DNA from: the human T2T-CHM13v2.0 reference genome, Homo sapiens | Strand: one strand, 5' to 3' | DNA: 64,000 nucleotides | Assembly: GCF_009914755.1 (NCBI RefSeq) | Contig: NC_060925.1 | Part shown: in pieces, positions 20,520 through 43,449 of the stretch | Numbering within the stretch: the stretch's first letter is position 1 | How the letters are laid out: the number at the start of each line of letters is the position of its first letter | Translations under genes and position numbers: made by a program | Notes under the pieces: generated by a model | Seen by the model: only the letters and a program-made list of their open reading frames with translations | Told to the model about the DNA's origin: nothing | Databases searched by the model: none

Positions 20520-20700
20520 GGGAAGCGGAAGAACTCAAACTTCCGGCAGACTCGCGGATCTAAATTTACGGACGGAGGGAGGAGCTAGATCGTGCATGCT
20601 CAGTCCTTCCTCTACGTTCACCAATCAGATGCCAGTTGCGTGATGGCGTGGGTGGAGCCAAATGTGGACCTGTGAGGACGCCACGTGAGAGGGAAGCCCG
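20520..20700 (+). promoter_or_regulatory. AGO1: Upstream (distal) AGO1 promoter candidate
   Basis: Non-repetitive CpG-containing patch with ETS sites (CGGAAG 20526-20531, ACTTCCGG 20539-20546), CCAAT 20621-20625, YY1-like GATGGCG and E-box CACGTG 20682-20687. Consistent with my recollection of an AGO1 isoform starting ~13 kb upstream. Confidence 0.7.
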
Positions 20701-20796
20701 TGAGGCAAGCGCCTCAGGAGTGCGTGAGGCCCACGCAGAACTCGGGGAGCCTTTTATCCTGAGGACACAGGGGAAGAATTGGAGGACTATATTCAG
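20690..20796 (+). other. AGO1: Candidate non-coding alternative first exon of AGO1
   Basis: Ends at CAG|gcaagt (GC donor) or 4 nt later at CAA|gtaatt; no AUG in this interval; start approximate. Confidence 0.55.
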
Positions 20797-21129
20797 GCAA
20801 GTAATTTAATCCGGTGTGCATTTTAAAGCAGCAGTTTGTAGCTGTGTTGAAAATGGGCTCAAGAGCGTGGGGAACGACCTGTTGTTGGCAGGCTGTGGAG
20901 ATATTTATATATTTTTCTTTAATTTTTAATTTTTATTTATTTAATTTTTTTTCCTGTCAGCCTTCTCTTAAACCGTGAACTCTAGAGGGAAAGGACCTCA
21001 TATTTATCACCCAAGCGTTCCTGCCCTACGTGTACCCCTCCGCCTGTGGCTGGGAGTCCATATGTTTTTGTTGAAGGGGTTGACTAATCTCAGGTCACAC
21101 TGCTTGTTAGAGCTTGGATTCAAATCTAG

Positions 21130-21381
<252 letters not shown>

Positions 21382-22068
21382 TAGCCAGGATGGTCTCGAT
21401 CTCTTGACCTCGTGATCTGCACGCCTCGCCTCCCAAAGTGCTGGGATTACAGGCGTGAGCCACCGCGCCTGGCCATATGTATGTTATAAAGGAGAGTATT
21501 TGAACAGACACCTATTATCCACCATTCATTTTATCTCCTCCCTACTGAGAGAGAAAATGAATATTATTTTTACCCTTATTTTGGTTTTTTACCTTTATCT
21601 TTTGAGATATTCTGTGTGCTACTTCATAATCCATTCCCATTCTTTCCCCTCTGGGATGTAACTACCATCTTGACATTTGAGTTTACCCTTGCTTTTTCTG
21701 TATTGTTTAATATGTATATTTGTATCCTTAAACCACATAGTTTACTTTTGCATAGTTTTGAATTTTACAAACTAAGAGTCATACCATAAGCATTCTTCTG
21801 CAGCTTGTTTGTTGTCACTCAGTATCATGTTTCTGAGATTTATGTATATCACAATTCATGTATCTGTTCTATTATGGATGGATTTAGTGTAGTTTTCAAT
21901 ATTTTGCTATTACAAACAGTGCTGCTAAGAACATTCTTGTGCCTATCTCCTCTTGGCAATGCAGAAGATTTTCTGTAGTGGAATTGCTGTTTTACAGGGT
22001 GTGCACGTCTTCAACTTTACCAAAGAGTGTTGGTTGTACCAGTTTACACTCCCACCAACAGATCATTA

Positions 22069-22738
<670 letters not shown>

Positions 22739-22741
22739 TCA

Positions 22742-23037
<296 letters not shown>

Positions 23038-23069
23038 TTATTTTTTGTGGGAAGATTTTAAACTAATGA

Positions 23070-23294
<225 letters not shown>

Positions 23295-24134
23295 TGAACT
23301 CCTGACCTCAGGTGATCTGCCCATCTTGGCCTCCCAAAGTGCTGGGATTACAGATGTGAGCCACCGCGCCTGGCCCGACTCAATTTCTTTAATCATCCTA
23401 GCTAAGCCATTTTAGCTAATGGTTTGAAAGTTTTATTTCTATTCTTTTTAATTTTATTTCTATTCTTTTTTTTTCTTTTAGAGACAGGGTGTGGCTCTGT
23501 CGCCCAGGCTGGAGGGCAGTAACATGATCATAGCTCACTGTAACCTCAACTCCTGAGCTGAAGTGATCCTCCTTCCTCAGTCACCCGAGAAGCTAGGACT
23601 ACAGTGATGTACCACTGGGCCCAGCTAATTTTTTAATTTTTTTGTGGAAACAGAGTCTTGGTATGTTGCCCAGGCTAGTCTTGAACTCTGGGCCTCAAGC
23701 GATTCTCCCACTTCAGTCTCCCAAAGCACCAAAGCACTAGGATTATAGGTGTGAGCCACCATGCTTGGGTCTATTTCTGTTCTTTTCAGTTTTTTTGTTT
23801 GTTTGTTTGTTTGTTTGTTTGTTTTTGTGATGGGGGCCTTGCTATTTTTCCCAGGCTGGTCTTGAACTCAGGGCTCTGGTGATCCTCCCACCTCAGCTTC
23901 CCAAGTAGCTAAGATTACAGGATTGTGCCACCATCCCTGGTTACTTGTTTTTTTTTTTTTATTGGAGTATTACTGTCTATGCTTAGCAAAGTTTAAAGTT
24001 AATCAATACCTTTATCCTTGTCCTAAACAGTACAAGGATCTCTAGAACACTTTAGCTCTGATCACCCCATCTCCCAACTTACATGCTGTTGACCAGTATT
24101 TTAGTTCTGTCCCATTAAAAAAAGAATCTCTCTC

Positions 24135-24665
24135 TTTTTTTTTGGTATAAAAAAGTTTTATAACCAAGCTGTATGGACATTAGGGGGCTTAGGTCTTAGC
24201 AGCAGGCCACTGGATATGTCAAAACTGATTGCTTACTCTAACACCTCAGACCACTGGTAGCACTGGATGTCCTGGAAGCTCTTCTTAATGGGCTGTATTG
24301 GTCAAGAGTAGATCTCACTCATCTCGATGATGGTGGTGAGTTGAGATAACTTATATCGTGGTGATAGTCCCTCAGTTGTTTTGTTTCATACCAACTCTTG
24401 GTTTCATAGCTATAAGCTTTTTACAATAAAGGCAAATTTCCTCTTTCAGTTTCTTGTTGCTCCCTCTGGTCTGTTGAGAGCACTGTGATATAACTTAGGG
24501 GTATGACCAATCAGTCTTCCTGATTTTTCAGTCTGTCTTGACAGTTCTCTCAAAAGCCTCTCTTTTCCCGATCAGCTTCACCTCTTCTCTCGTGAAAGAG
24601 TACTTTTCCTAGATCAAAGTGATGTTTTTGCAATCCTTTTTTTATCTAATTGCAGGAAAGCTTCA
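24135..24665 (-). pseudogene. Processed pseudogene fragment of CFAP97 (KIAA1430), C-terminal part
   Basis: Minus-strand fragments AFLQLDKK, QKHHFD, YSFTREEV, KLYHSALNR, RSTLDQYSPLRRASRTSSATSGL, PKPPNVHTAWL* (TAA 24158-24160) match the CFAP97 C-terminus as I recall it. Frameshifts, stops, no introns, A-tract at 24135-24143. Confidence 0.8.
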
Positions 24666-24737
24666 AATCTAGTCTTGTCAGCTTCTTCAGTGCTCTCCAA
24701 ATATCCCTCCATACTTCTTGACCACTTATATCAAATA

Positions 24738-27680
<2,943 letters not shown>

Positions 27681-28460
27681 TTGTTTTTTAAGAGACAGGC
27701 TTTGGCTGTGTCCCCCAGGCTGGAATGCAGTGGTGCAGTCATGGTTCACTGCAGCTTCGACCACCTGGGCTGGGCTTAAGTGATCCTCCTGCCTCAGCCT
27801 CCTGAGTAGTTGGGACTGCAGGCATGCTCCTCCACACCTGGCTAATTTTTCTATTTTTTGTAGAGAGGGGATCTTACTCTATTGCCTGTGCTCATCCAGG
27901 GCAGCCTGTCCAAAGCTGCTAGGCTTTCCTGTTCTGCCAGGCCAAGTTTAGGGTTTTGGGGCCTTCGTGTGTGCTAGAGAAGATGCAGGAAAATAGGCTT
28001 GATCTGGGTCAGTTCGGTTTCAGGCTGGGTGAAACTGAACCGTGAATCTGCATAGAGTGTCAGAACCAGGGACAGCTCCTCCTGTCACCTTTGCTGCCTT
28101 TCCCCTGGCTTGGGCTAGGGAGCGAATGGGCAGATTTCGTGATGGTATACTTCTCTAGCTTCTTTTCTCAGTGCTTCTTCCTTCCATTTTTATGCAAGAA
28201 TATTACTACTGATAGTTCCTGGTGTAATGTGCTATTTCTCACTTCATACTTTCTGTTAATGCTGCTTAGTACACCTTTCTCCCATCTTTCCTTTGCCTGG
28301 CTAATTCCTGCTCATCCTCACAGGCCTGTTTAAGTAGATATCTCTTCTATGTAACCTACCCTGATTATCCCAGACTAGATTAGACATACCTCCTCTTAGT
28401 TCCCATGTCGCCCATGTGCCTCTGTCATTACACTTAAAGTTTCATTGAAATTATCATCTA

Positions 28461-29357
<897 letters not shown>

Positions 29358-30057
29358 GATATATGTATTTGTTTCTTCTTAGCGGTATGGACTGGCTCAA
29401 TTACATCCTTGTATCTTTGAATTTCTGGGGCACACTACATGGGGATGGGTAGGGATACCTGATGCTCATCCTCAGAACTTGGAGGCTGGAGTAGCAAATG
29501 TCCAATAGACATTATTACATTATTTTCCGTCCAGGAACTCGGCCTCTTTCTCTTCTTAACTCAGGTTATTTTGTATGTCTTCTTATTGGTTCTTATAGAT
29601 TTTCTCATACAAATCACATACATCTCATGAAGTTTATTTCCAAGAATTTTGAATTGGATATTTTATCATAATTAGTTATTACTGGTACCAGCAGTGAATG
29701 CTACAGATTTTTGGTTATTTTTTTGAATCCTTTTACTTATTTAATCTGTTAATTATACTACATTGATTTCTTTTTTTCCTCAGTTGTTTTTTTTTTTAAC
29801 ATTAAAAGAGGAAAATGTAGATTGGGATGCAAACTTTTCTCAGGCCATTCTTATTATATTGGCTCCAGGAAATTCTTTGTATAGAGAAGATATCTAAGTA
29901 GAAGACTCTGGCCCACACAGCAGAGGCCCTTAGGTGTGAGTTAGCTATGGACTGAGATGCAAGGATGAAATGGAAACAGAAGGAGCCAATAGGTTTGGTG
30001 GAACATATATCAGGGATTACTGAAAGAAGTTTATCAGCATAAAAAAGTAAAATGCAG

Positions 30058-32514
<2,457 letters not shown>

Positions 32515-33779
32515 ACCAATCCAAGTTTTAACAAGCTTTCCAGGTGATTCTGATGGTTGCTGTTTGAGAACCTCTAGAAGCAAGGCATGGTATAAGTGTC
32601 AGAAATTAATCTCCTCATGAGTAAGGACCGGTTATGGTCCATCCCTTAAGTTCCCAGCCTCTGCATGGCATCTAGTGTAAAGCAGGCATCAAAAATTTGT
32701 GAGTTTATGGGAAAGTGATGTTTGAGCTGGGTCTCTTACCCCGCCTGTCACTGCACCAGACCGAATAGGAGGGAGAATGGGAGTTCCCAGAAACTTTGAG
32801 ACTAGCAAGGAAGTGGTTGTGATACGTCTAGCAAGATATGATAAGGGTCTGCACCAGCATAAGAAACCATCAGAATGGCAGTGAATCATGTGAGAGCAGT
32901 TCAGAAGGTAAACATGTCAAGACGTGGTGAACAGCTGAATAGATGGAAAGAACAAGGGATAGAGGAACTGTCATTTCTGACATGAAGGTGCTGTTCGCTG
33001 AGATAGGAAGCACAGGGCAAGTATGTTTGTGAGTGAAAGATAAAGTGTTTGGTTTGGACTTCTTAAATTTGAAGTGCTGGTAGGATATCCAGGTGGAGCT
33101 GTCCAGCAAACACTTGGAAATGTGAGTATGAGACATGGTTGGAAACAGAGATTTGGAAGGATAGTTGGGCCGTAAGAGTGGATGAGACCTTTAAGGGGAG
33201 AGTGGAATGAGAAGAGAGCTGGGTTTGGAACCACAGTGAACAGTTAATGAGGCAAAAGCAAAAGGGGCCCTTTAGAAAGACTGAAAAGGACTTAGGCAAT
33301 AGGAGACTGCAGAAGATGCCGCAGCCAAGTAGAAGGCTCAGAAGGGAAGTAGAGGCACAGTGACAGATGCTGCAGAGAAATAATTGAAAAGTATCCTTTG
33401 GATGTCAACCCCAAAAGTCATTTAAGTGACGTGATGAGGGCAGAAGCTGATTGACAGTTCAGGCATGAACTGTAGATGAGAAAGTGGAGGCAGGTGCTTC
33501 CCAGGTCCGGCGGATAGAGCTCTGTAGCTGCACTTAAGTTCAAACTGTGACATCTTCCAGGGTAGGCCGCGTCTCTACTTATCTGTGGTCTCAGCGTCCA
33601 GCACATGGCGTGGAAGAGGGGGTGGCGTCAGTGAGTTCAGTGACTAGGGACGGAGAAAGACTTCGTGGAGGCAGTCGCTTTGCAGCCAAGGCTTGAAGGA
33701 TGAGGGTGATTGGGAGGAGAGGTGGGAGGCAGGGCCCCTGGGCGCTGGAGTGCCAGGGGGTCTGGGAATGAAGTGGGGT

Positions 33780-35030
33780 TCCCATAATGTGTGCGCGCAG
33801 CTCGGTGCGACAGGCGGGGGCTGTGTGTAGGTTTGGAGGGACCTATTTGGGGAAAAGACACAGGGCTGAAGGCTGCTGTGGCGGGATGTCCCTTCGCCCT
33901 GCCCCACTTATACCACTGCGCGGTTCCAAGGCACCTCTACTGGCGCCCTCCCGCCGGGCTGCATGGCGACGGGTGACCGCCAGGGGCCGCTGCCTTGGGT
34001 CCCCGGTGCCCCCGCCCCTCTCCATTGGCCTTTGTTGCCGTCGGAGCGCCCCGCTTGACTCGTTCCGGTCCGCCCCCTGGGCCCGGCGGTCGCGCCTGCG
34101 CACTGGCAGCTGGCCGGGCGCTCGCAGTGGGAGCTGCTGCAGGCTCCGCGGCGGCGGCAACGGAGGCTGCGGGGGCGGCGGCGCGAGCGGCCGGGCTTGG
34201 TAGGGGAGCCGAGCCCGGCCCGGGATCCCGAGCAGCGAGAGTGTGGGGTACCTAGGCCCCTCACGCTGGACTTCACAGTCTCCGGGCCGCCTGACCTCCG
34301 CACGGGTATATGGGATGGAAGCGGGACCCTCGGGAGCAGGTAAGGGTCCCCAGGAGGGGGAACGGTGCATGCTCCAAGGACTGGGGGATCCCGCATGAAA
34401 AGCGTGGTTTCCAAGTGATGGAAGCGCTCCTGAGTGAGGAGAAGGGCTCTCCCACGATGGGGGCCCAGTTTGAAGGAGGCTGTGTGCAGTTCCGGGGGAG
34501 AACCATGTGAAGAGAGCCCTGAGATGGGGGCTGTTTGTCCAAGGAGGCTGTATACAGTCCTGCGGGTTGGAAGTAATCTGGGAGAAGGGCCTGCACGCAC
34601 GGAAGGACTCCCAGACATCCGTGGAGGCCTACGGAGAGGCCCGGCAGGTGGCAGGGGACGGGCTCCAGGTGTCCAGGAGAGGAGGGGGCGACACAGATGG
34701 GCCTGGAGCTACCGCATGCCGGGGGCGGGGGCTCCGCTGGGCTGGAATAGGCTAATGTCTCTTGGGAGAAGGCGCCAGAGCTGGACTGTGAGCTCCGCCC
34801 CACTGGGCCTGACGCGAGGGCGAGGGTCAGGGGGCGGTGGGTGGGGACCCAGTCCCGGGATTACCCCCCGTGGGTCTGGGGAGTCGGAGCGGAGGCTCCA
34901 GAGCATGCGCGGAGGTGGCAGCTGGAAGGGGCTGCCCGACGTGGTGGGGGCGTGGCTGTCCGAATACCCCCACCTCTCCACACCCCCCCGCCCCGCCCCG
35001 TTTGGCTTGGAAAAAGGAGCGCGCTGATGG
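33780..35030 (+). promoter_or_regulatory. AGO1: AGO1 main CpG-island promoter and 5'UTR (TSS ~34100)
   Basis: Very high CpG/GC content; GC boxes (~34010, ~34070), inverted CCAAT 34024-34028, NRF1-like GCGCCTGCGCA 34092-34102; no TATA box. Confidence 0.92.
34315..34339 (+). CDS. AGO1: AGO1 exon 1 coding part: MEAGPSGA(A)
   Basis: gggATGg strong Kozak; donor G|gtaagg; matches the AGO1 N-terminus. Confidence 0.95.
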
Positions 35031-38000
35031 GGTGCATTCTCTCTTAGGTTATGCTGGCAGTGTGCAAATGGTTATGGTCCCCTCCCCCATTTTAGGGGCT
35101 CTTACACTTGGCCCTCAGTCACAGTTTGCTAAGAATGGGTTGAGGGAAGCTGCCAAAGTGCATTTTTCTGCCACAGGAAAGACTGGGACCGAAGCGATGG
35201 GTTCTGGGGGTGGGTCCTCCTGAAGATAGGCCTTAGGAAAGGTATTGGTTACGGAGGAATCAAGGACAGGGCAGGGGCTACCTGGAAGGAGTTGTCTGCT
35301 TGGTTTGCAAGTTTCTGCTCCAATACTGAGTAGTGATGGGGGCTTTTAATCCAAAGATTTTCCATTGAATTGTCTGTTAAGGTTACACTCTACATTTATA
35401 ACATTTATTCTAATATTTCTTAATATTTTCATGGCTCCTATCTTCCACTGGATATCTTTCCGTTTTCCTCTCCCCACTCCCCAGAAACTGTCAGGGCTGT
35501 CTTTAGAGCCAAGATCTAAACCCTACAAACACGTTGGAGGATGGGGGAGTTTATAGCCTTCATCCTGGTGAGGCCTAGGTGATAGCCTTAACTTCTTATT
35601 TGCAGGCAATGAGGAGGAAAAGACATAGGAACAGAGGATAAACTGAGGCAGGATTGCCTCAAGAAAACTGGAGTCCTTAGGATGGGCTGTGGGGTGGTGA
35701 TACCTCTTGTGTCTTAAGTGTCTTACCCTGTGATGGGACGAGGAGCCTGGACCTGGGAATCCTTCAGGTCATCTCTCACCACTTCCTTACATTTGGTCTG
35801 GGGATGGGAATCAAATTTCCATTTAGGCCATGAACTTCATTACTTTCCTAGTGGAATTATTTTGTTTTTTTTGTAGCAGACCTAACTCCCTCCCACCCTC
35901 CCAAGGAAATAGCTCCTACGACCTCACTCAAGTTATCCATTTAGTGATCTCTAAGTACTTAGTGACTGTTTTCCCTCTTAACAACCAGCCTTGTATAGAC
36001 TGTGTAGTCGTAAGGATAAGCACAGGGAGCAACTGACTTGAGTACTTCCTCTCTGTCAGGACCCTCTCTCCATCCCAGGAACTTCTGTTTTTCAAGGCTG
36101 GGGACTATTTCCAACAACCCATGAACTAGAGTAGTGGGGTAGGTCATTGAGGTCCACATGGATTGCTGGTTGCTGGTACCCATTCTAGACTAATGATTTT
36201 TATCCTGATGAATTCCTAATAGGCTCTGGAGTGATGAAAAATTGACTTTTTAAAAATTTGTTACAAAAAATAAGCTTATAGGAAAGGAGCTAGAACCTGC
36301 TGTTTGGAGTCAGCCAAAGCCTTGGGAAAAGCCGAATAGGACAGGCTTTGCCTCAGTAAAGGGTATAATTGAGATTCAGTCTGGAAGCTGCAAATTGAGG
36401 GACCCCATAACTGCCTCCTTCCTAGGCCCGGACTGTTCTCTTATAAGAAGTTAGAGTGGTGTCCCAAGGTGGCCTGAGGACATAATACACAAAACTAAAG
36501 CGTTGTGTAAAAAACAACAACAAAAAACCCCCCAAAAACTAAAGCATTGTTGCTAGCCTCACTGGGCTTATGCCCAGGTCTGCCTTCTGTGCTCAGGTGT
36601 GTTCCAAGCACATACAGTGGACTGGGTGCTCCCTGAGGGTAGAAGCAGTGTCTGGTTTATTTGTAGAACTAGCAAGTGCCTAGTGTATAGGCCCTGGCAC
36701 AGAATACATGTTTATTAATTAAATCAAATCACATTCAAGTGTGAACATAAATGGTTAAGCACGTATGTGGATATTTAATAAAGTGTATACTCACATGGAA
36801 CAGATCCTTTTTGGAGAGATTGGCTTGTTAGTCTTTGCTTGCCCACCAGCTAACCTAACCTAACCTAACCTTGAATTTGTGTCTTTTGAATAGGCAGTCT
36901 GGCTCCTTGGGAGGTGTGTGGGCCTCAGAACTGCAAGAAAGGAATCCTGAGCCAGGGTTTTCAGCTCTGTTACTTTTCCTTCTCTGGGCTCCTTGGGGAT
37001 GGGGGAGGGGGAGTGTCCTTTTCAGGGCCCCTCCCTCCTTGCTTTTGTCTGAAGAGAAGGGTCCCGCCCCTTTCCCCCTAGGCCCAAGCTTTGTCCTCTG
37101 TGCTGGGGCCCTCATCTGCATCACAAAGTGGCCGTCTGTCCCTGTCTGGGTCTGTAGGGAAGTGTCTCCCTTTCTCAGACTAAAAGCTGGGGTAAGGGGG
37201 GCGGGGAGGAGACAGTGCTGTTGTTAGGCTTTCAGGGGGATGTAATGGGAGAGAGGTTCCTGCTTCCTGCTGTCTTTCCTAGTTTGGAGATGAAGTGGGG
37301 GTGTGGGCTCCCCTGTTTTCCCAAAGCCTCTTTGGAGAGGAAGGTGCTCTAAGGCTATGTGTGGTATGTAGTCGGGTTTCTGGGGAAGAGAAGGCTTTGA
37401 GGCTAGAGTGTCTGTCCCATCCCCCATCATTTCTAACTAGCCCCCCAGCTCTAGGAGTTATCTTTCTCCGAAGGCCCCAAATGATTATTCAGTCTGGGAG
37501 GGGAAGAAGGTGAATGAAATATAAGAACTTGGGGAGGGAAAGGATGTCTCTTACTGGCTACACCCACAAACGTGCATATTTGTCTTGTGTAGTGTTTATA
37601 ATTGTTTCTGGGCAATTGCAGGTGTTCGTGTGTCTGTGTGCTGTGTGTGCTTGTGTGTTTTTGTGGTGTGTCTATGGATATGTTTGTTCATTCATTTCAT
37701 ATCAGTATGTTGAATACTTCCTGTGTGTGTGTCAGACACTGGAAATTAAACAGTGACCAAGGCAGATATAGTCCCTGCCTTTGAAGAACTCAGTCTAGGG
37801 CAGTGAAGGATATGTGTGTAAGTGTAAATTGCCAAGGTCTAAGTGTGTGTTTGGATGTGTGTGATGGGGATGTGTGTCTGTCTGTCCGTGAGCTTGTGTG
37901 CAATTTCTGTCCAGCACTTTCTGAGGTAGGCAGCCAGGTGCTAGTAGATAGGTTTTCCCTTCCCCATGTAGCTGAGTTCTGAAGACCTTTTCCATCCAGG

Positions 38001-39319
38001 CTGGGCCTTCATTTCCCTGTCTGCAGAGTGGGACTGGGCTTGGACAGGTGGTTAGAGGGAAACAGAGCAGCTTAGCTCTGGGAAGCTGCCCCTCCCATGA
38101 ATGGTTCTGACCTCTTCCTGACCCCCAGCTGAGGGTATGCCCCATCCCCCCAGCTTGTCTGACTGTGAAAGCAGAAGTCTGATAATGGGAGGTTCTGGGC
38201 TGGTTTATCCCTCTCTTCTCCCACCTGGGCTAGTTCTCTACTGCCAAGAACAATAGCAGCATATTATTCCCTTTTTTTCTCTCTTCCCCCCAAGCTAGAA
38301 AATAAGACTGGAGACAGCAGCCAGACTGGCAAAAGAGGGTAAAGTAGCTGGATCTGGCCTTACCCTATCCCTTTCCCAAGGGCCTCCTCTGTCTTGAAAT
38401 TGATCTCTTCTGCTGCTGTCTGGACCTTCTGTGTGGAAGGATCTGTGGGGCATGGAGAGAATCTTGTGTTCTTCCCAGAGCCAGTGTCTCTTCTCCAGCA
38501 TTCTAATTGCCACCTCTTCTTCCCAAACCCGTTAGTTCTTTCTTTATTCAAGCTTTTTTTTTTATCATTGTCTCCCCAGTTGCTGCTTTGTTTCTTCCTG
38601 CCTGAGCTTCCAACCCTAACCTCTTTTGCCCCACCCCTTGACTCCAGCCTTCTCTTTCTCCTGGCCTTTTTCTTTTGTGACCTCCAGCTCTGTCCTCTTC
38701 TCCAACCCCCTTTCTCTTTTCCTTAGTCTCCAAACTCTGTCCTTTGAGCCTTTTCTCCTTTTCCCTGTCTCCAACTCTCGCCATTCAGTTGCCTTAATTC
38801 TGCCTCAAACACTGACCCTGCCCTCTCCAGCCTGGCCTTGTCTGGATCTTATTCCTGCCCACCTATAAAGGAACATCAAGGTTATGCCATTTTGTATTCA
38901 GCATGGTGGCGAATGGAGTGAGCATCTGGCTGGCAGAGAATAGAAATTCTTGGTCTGCTAGATACCTGGTGGAGGCAAGTGTCTTACTCTACTAGAAGAA
39001 AGAAAGGGTTTTGTTACTAGGAGCCAGATTTAGTCTCTCTGCTTAACATGCAATAGGAACTTATTATATATTAACTTAATGAATTAAAAATAGACAATAA
39101 GGATAATTTTCCTAACTGGAGAGAGATTAAAAAAGAAAAAAGAGAAAAAACACAGATGAGCTTGAGATGTCCCCTGGAAGCCCTTGGCTGGGTTGGGTAG
39201 CAGGAAAGAGGCATTCTCTATACTCTCGTGTTCCTGTTCTGGGAGGCCTTGTTCCTCCTCTGATAAGAGTAGTTAGGAGATTGCCAGACTTTACCCTCAC
39301 CAGCCTCTTTGTCTTGTAG

Positions 39320-39503
39320 CTGCGGGCGCTTACCTGCCCCCCCTGCAGCAGGTGTTCCAGGCACCTCGCCGGCCTGGCATTGGCACTGTGGGGAAACCAA
39401 TCAAGCTCCTGGCCAATTACTTTGAGGTGGACATCCCTAAGATCGACGTGTACCACTACGAGGTGGACATCAAGCCGGATAAGTGTCCCCGTAGAGTCAA
39501 CCG
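39320..39503 (+). CDS. AGO1: AGO1 exon 2 ([19 protein letters not shown]...DKCPRRVNR)
   Basis: tgtag|C ... CG|gtaagt; 184 nt; N domain. Confidence 0.96.
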
Positions 39504-39885
39504 GTAAGTGATGCACACCTAAGCCACCAAATCTGAAAGACACCAACCTTGAAAGAGGGGCCAGAAAGGTAAAAGAAAAACCAGTAGAGGGTAGTATCAC
39601 CAAATCTAAGGAAGTTTTTGAACGGGAGATGCCACGTCGGGTAAATGCTGAAAAATAGTCCAATTGGACTTCGCTATTGGAAGATTATTAGTGGCTTTTG
39701 CCAGAGCAATTTCAGCAGAAAGTAGTTGAGCTAGTTAATCTAACTACATTGAGTTAAGAAATAAGTACAGTACCTACTACATTTCAATATTAGTTGAATG
39801 AATAAAGAGTTTTAAAGAATGAGATATGGGTATGTTTACAGATTAAGGAGAAGGAGCTAGTAAAGAGGGAGAGGTTAAAGGTATG

Positions 39886-40021
39886 GGACAGAGGGGAGAA
39901 ATGAATGGGATGTCCTTGATGAGGCAGAAGGACAGAGGGGAGAAATGAATGGGATGTCCTTGATGAGGCAGAAGGACAGAGGGGAGAAATGAATGGGATG
40001 TCCTTGATGAGGCAGAAGGAC
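39886..40021. repeat. Perfect 44-bp tandem repeat, 3.1 copies
   Basis: Unit GGACAGAGGGGAGAAATGAATGGGATGTCCTTGATGAGGCAGAA starting at 39886, 39930 and 39974. Confidence 0.96.
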
Positions 40022-40076
40022 GTTGTAGGATGCACAGTTGGAGGGATTAGCCTTATTTAGAGGAAGTGATATTTCC

Positions 40077-43075
<2,999 letters not shown>

Positions 43076-43164
43076 CCCTATTCCTGATTGTTGATAGACC
43101 CTGGAGTCAAGCTTTTCTCCCTTTAGCCTCCCCCTCTTCTCAGAAGGCACTCACACCACTCTTT

Positions 43165-43328
43165 CAGGTCCATTACAGCCTTGGTGATCTGAGGACCAGC
43201 AGTGTCACTTAGGAGCATGCTAGAAATGCAGAATTTCAGGCTTCGCTCTAGACCTGCTGAATCAGAAGCTACATTTTAATAAAATCTCCAGGTGATTCAT
43301 AGGAATATTAAAGTTTGAGAAGCACTGT
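43165..43328. mobile_element. MER5A/B-like hAT element
   Basis: tagaaatgcagaatttcagg..agacctgctgaatcagaa..caggtgattc..aagtttgagaagcactg. Confidence 0.75.
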
Positions 43329-43449
43329 CATAGAGTAGATGTTAGGAGTGAGTATAATAGATGGGACATTGCCTGGACTTTGAATTACTTCCAAAACTTG
43401 AAGTGGTGGTAGTCTCTCAGCTTCCACAGGCCACTCCTATCCCCCACAG

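Noticed and set aside
28010-28042. Small hairpin gttcggtttca-ggctggg-tgaaactgaac
   Set aside because: An 11-bp stem with a wobble is within chance expectation for 64 kb.
34204-34314. In-frame non-AUG N-terminal extension of AGO1 (frame open back to TAG 34201-34203; CTG at 34291)
   Set aside because: Near-cognate codons are in weak context, and openness is expected in a GC-rich UTR.
33637-35223. Long overlapping ORFs (up to 236 aa) on both strands
   Set aside because: Stop-codon depletion in a GC-rich CpG island; low-complexity P/R/G/A products.
36851-36870. (TAACC)4 telomere-like repeat
   Set aside because: Short simple repeat; not the vertebrate TTAGGG unit.
39127-39663. 178-aa minus-strand ORF
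   Set aside because: Antisense shadow of AGO1 exon 2; no independent gene signals.
39886-40021. CRISPR-like array
   Set aside because: Head-to-tail repeats without spacers; eukaryotic intron; no cas genes.
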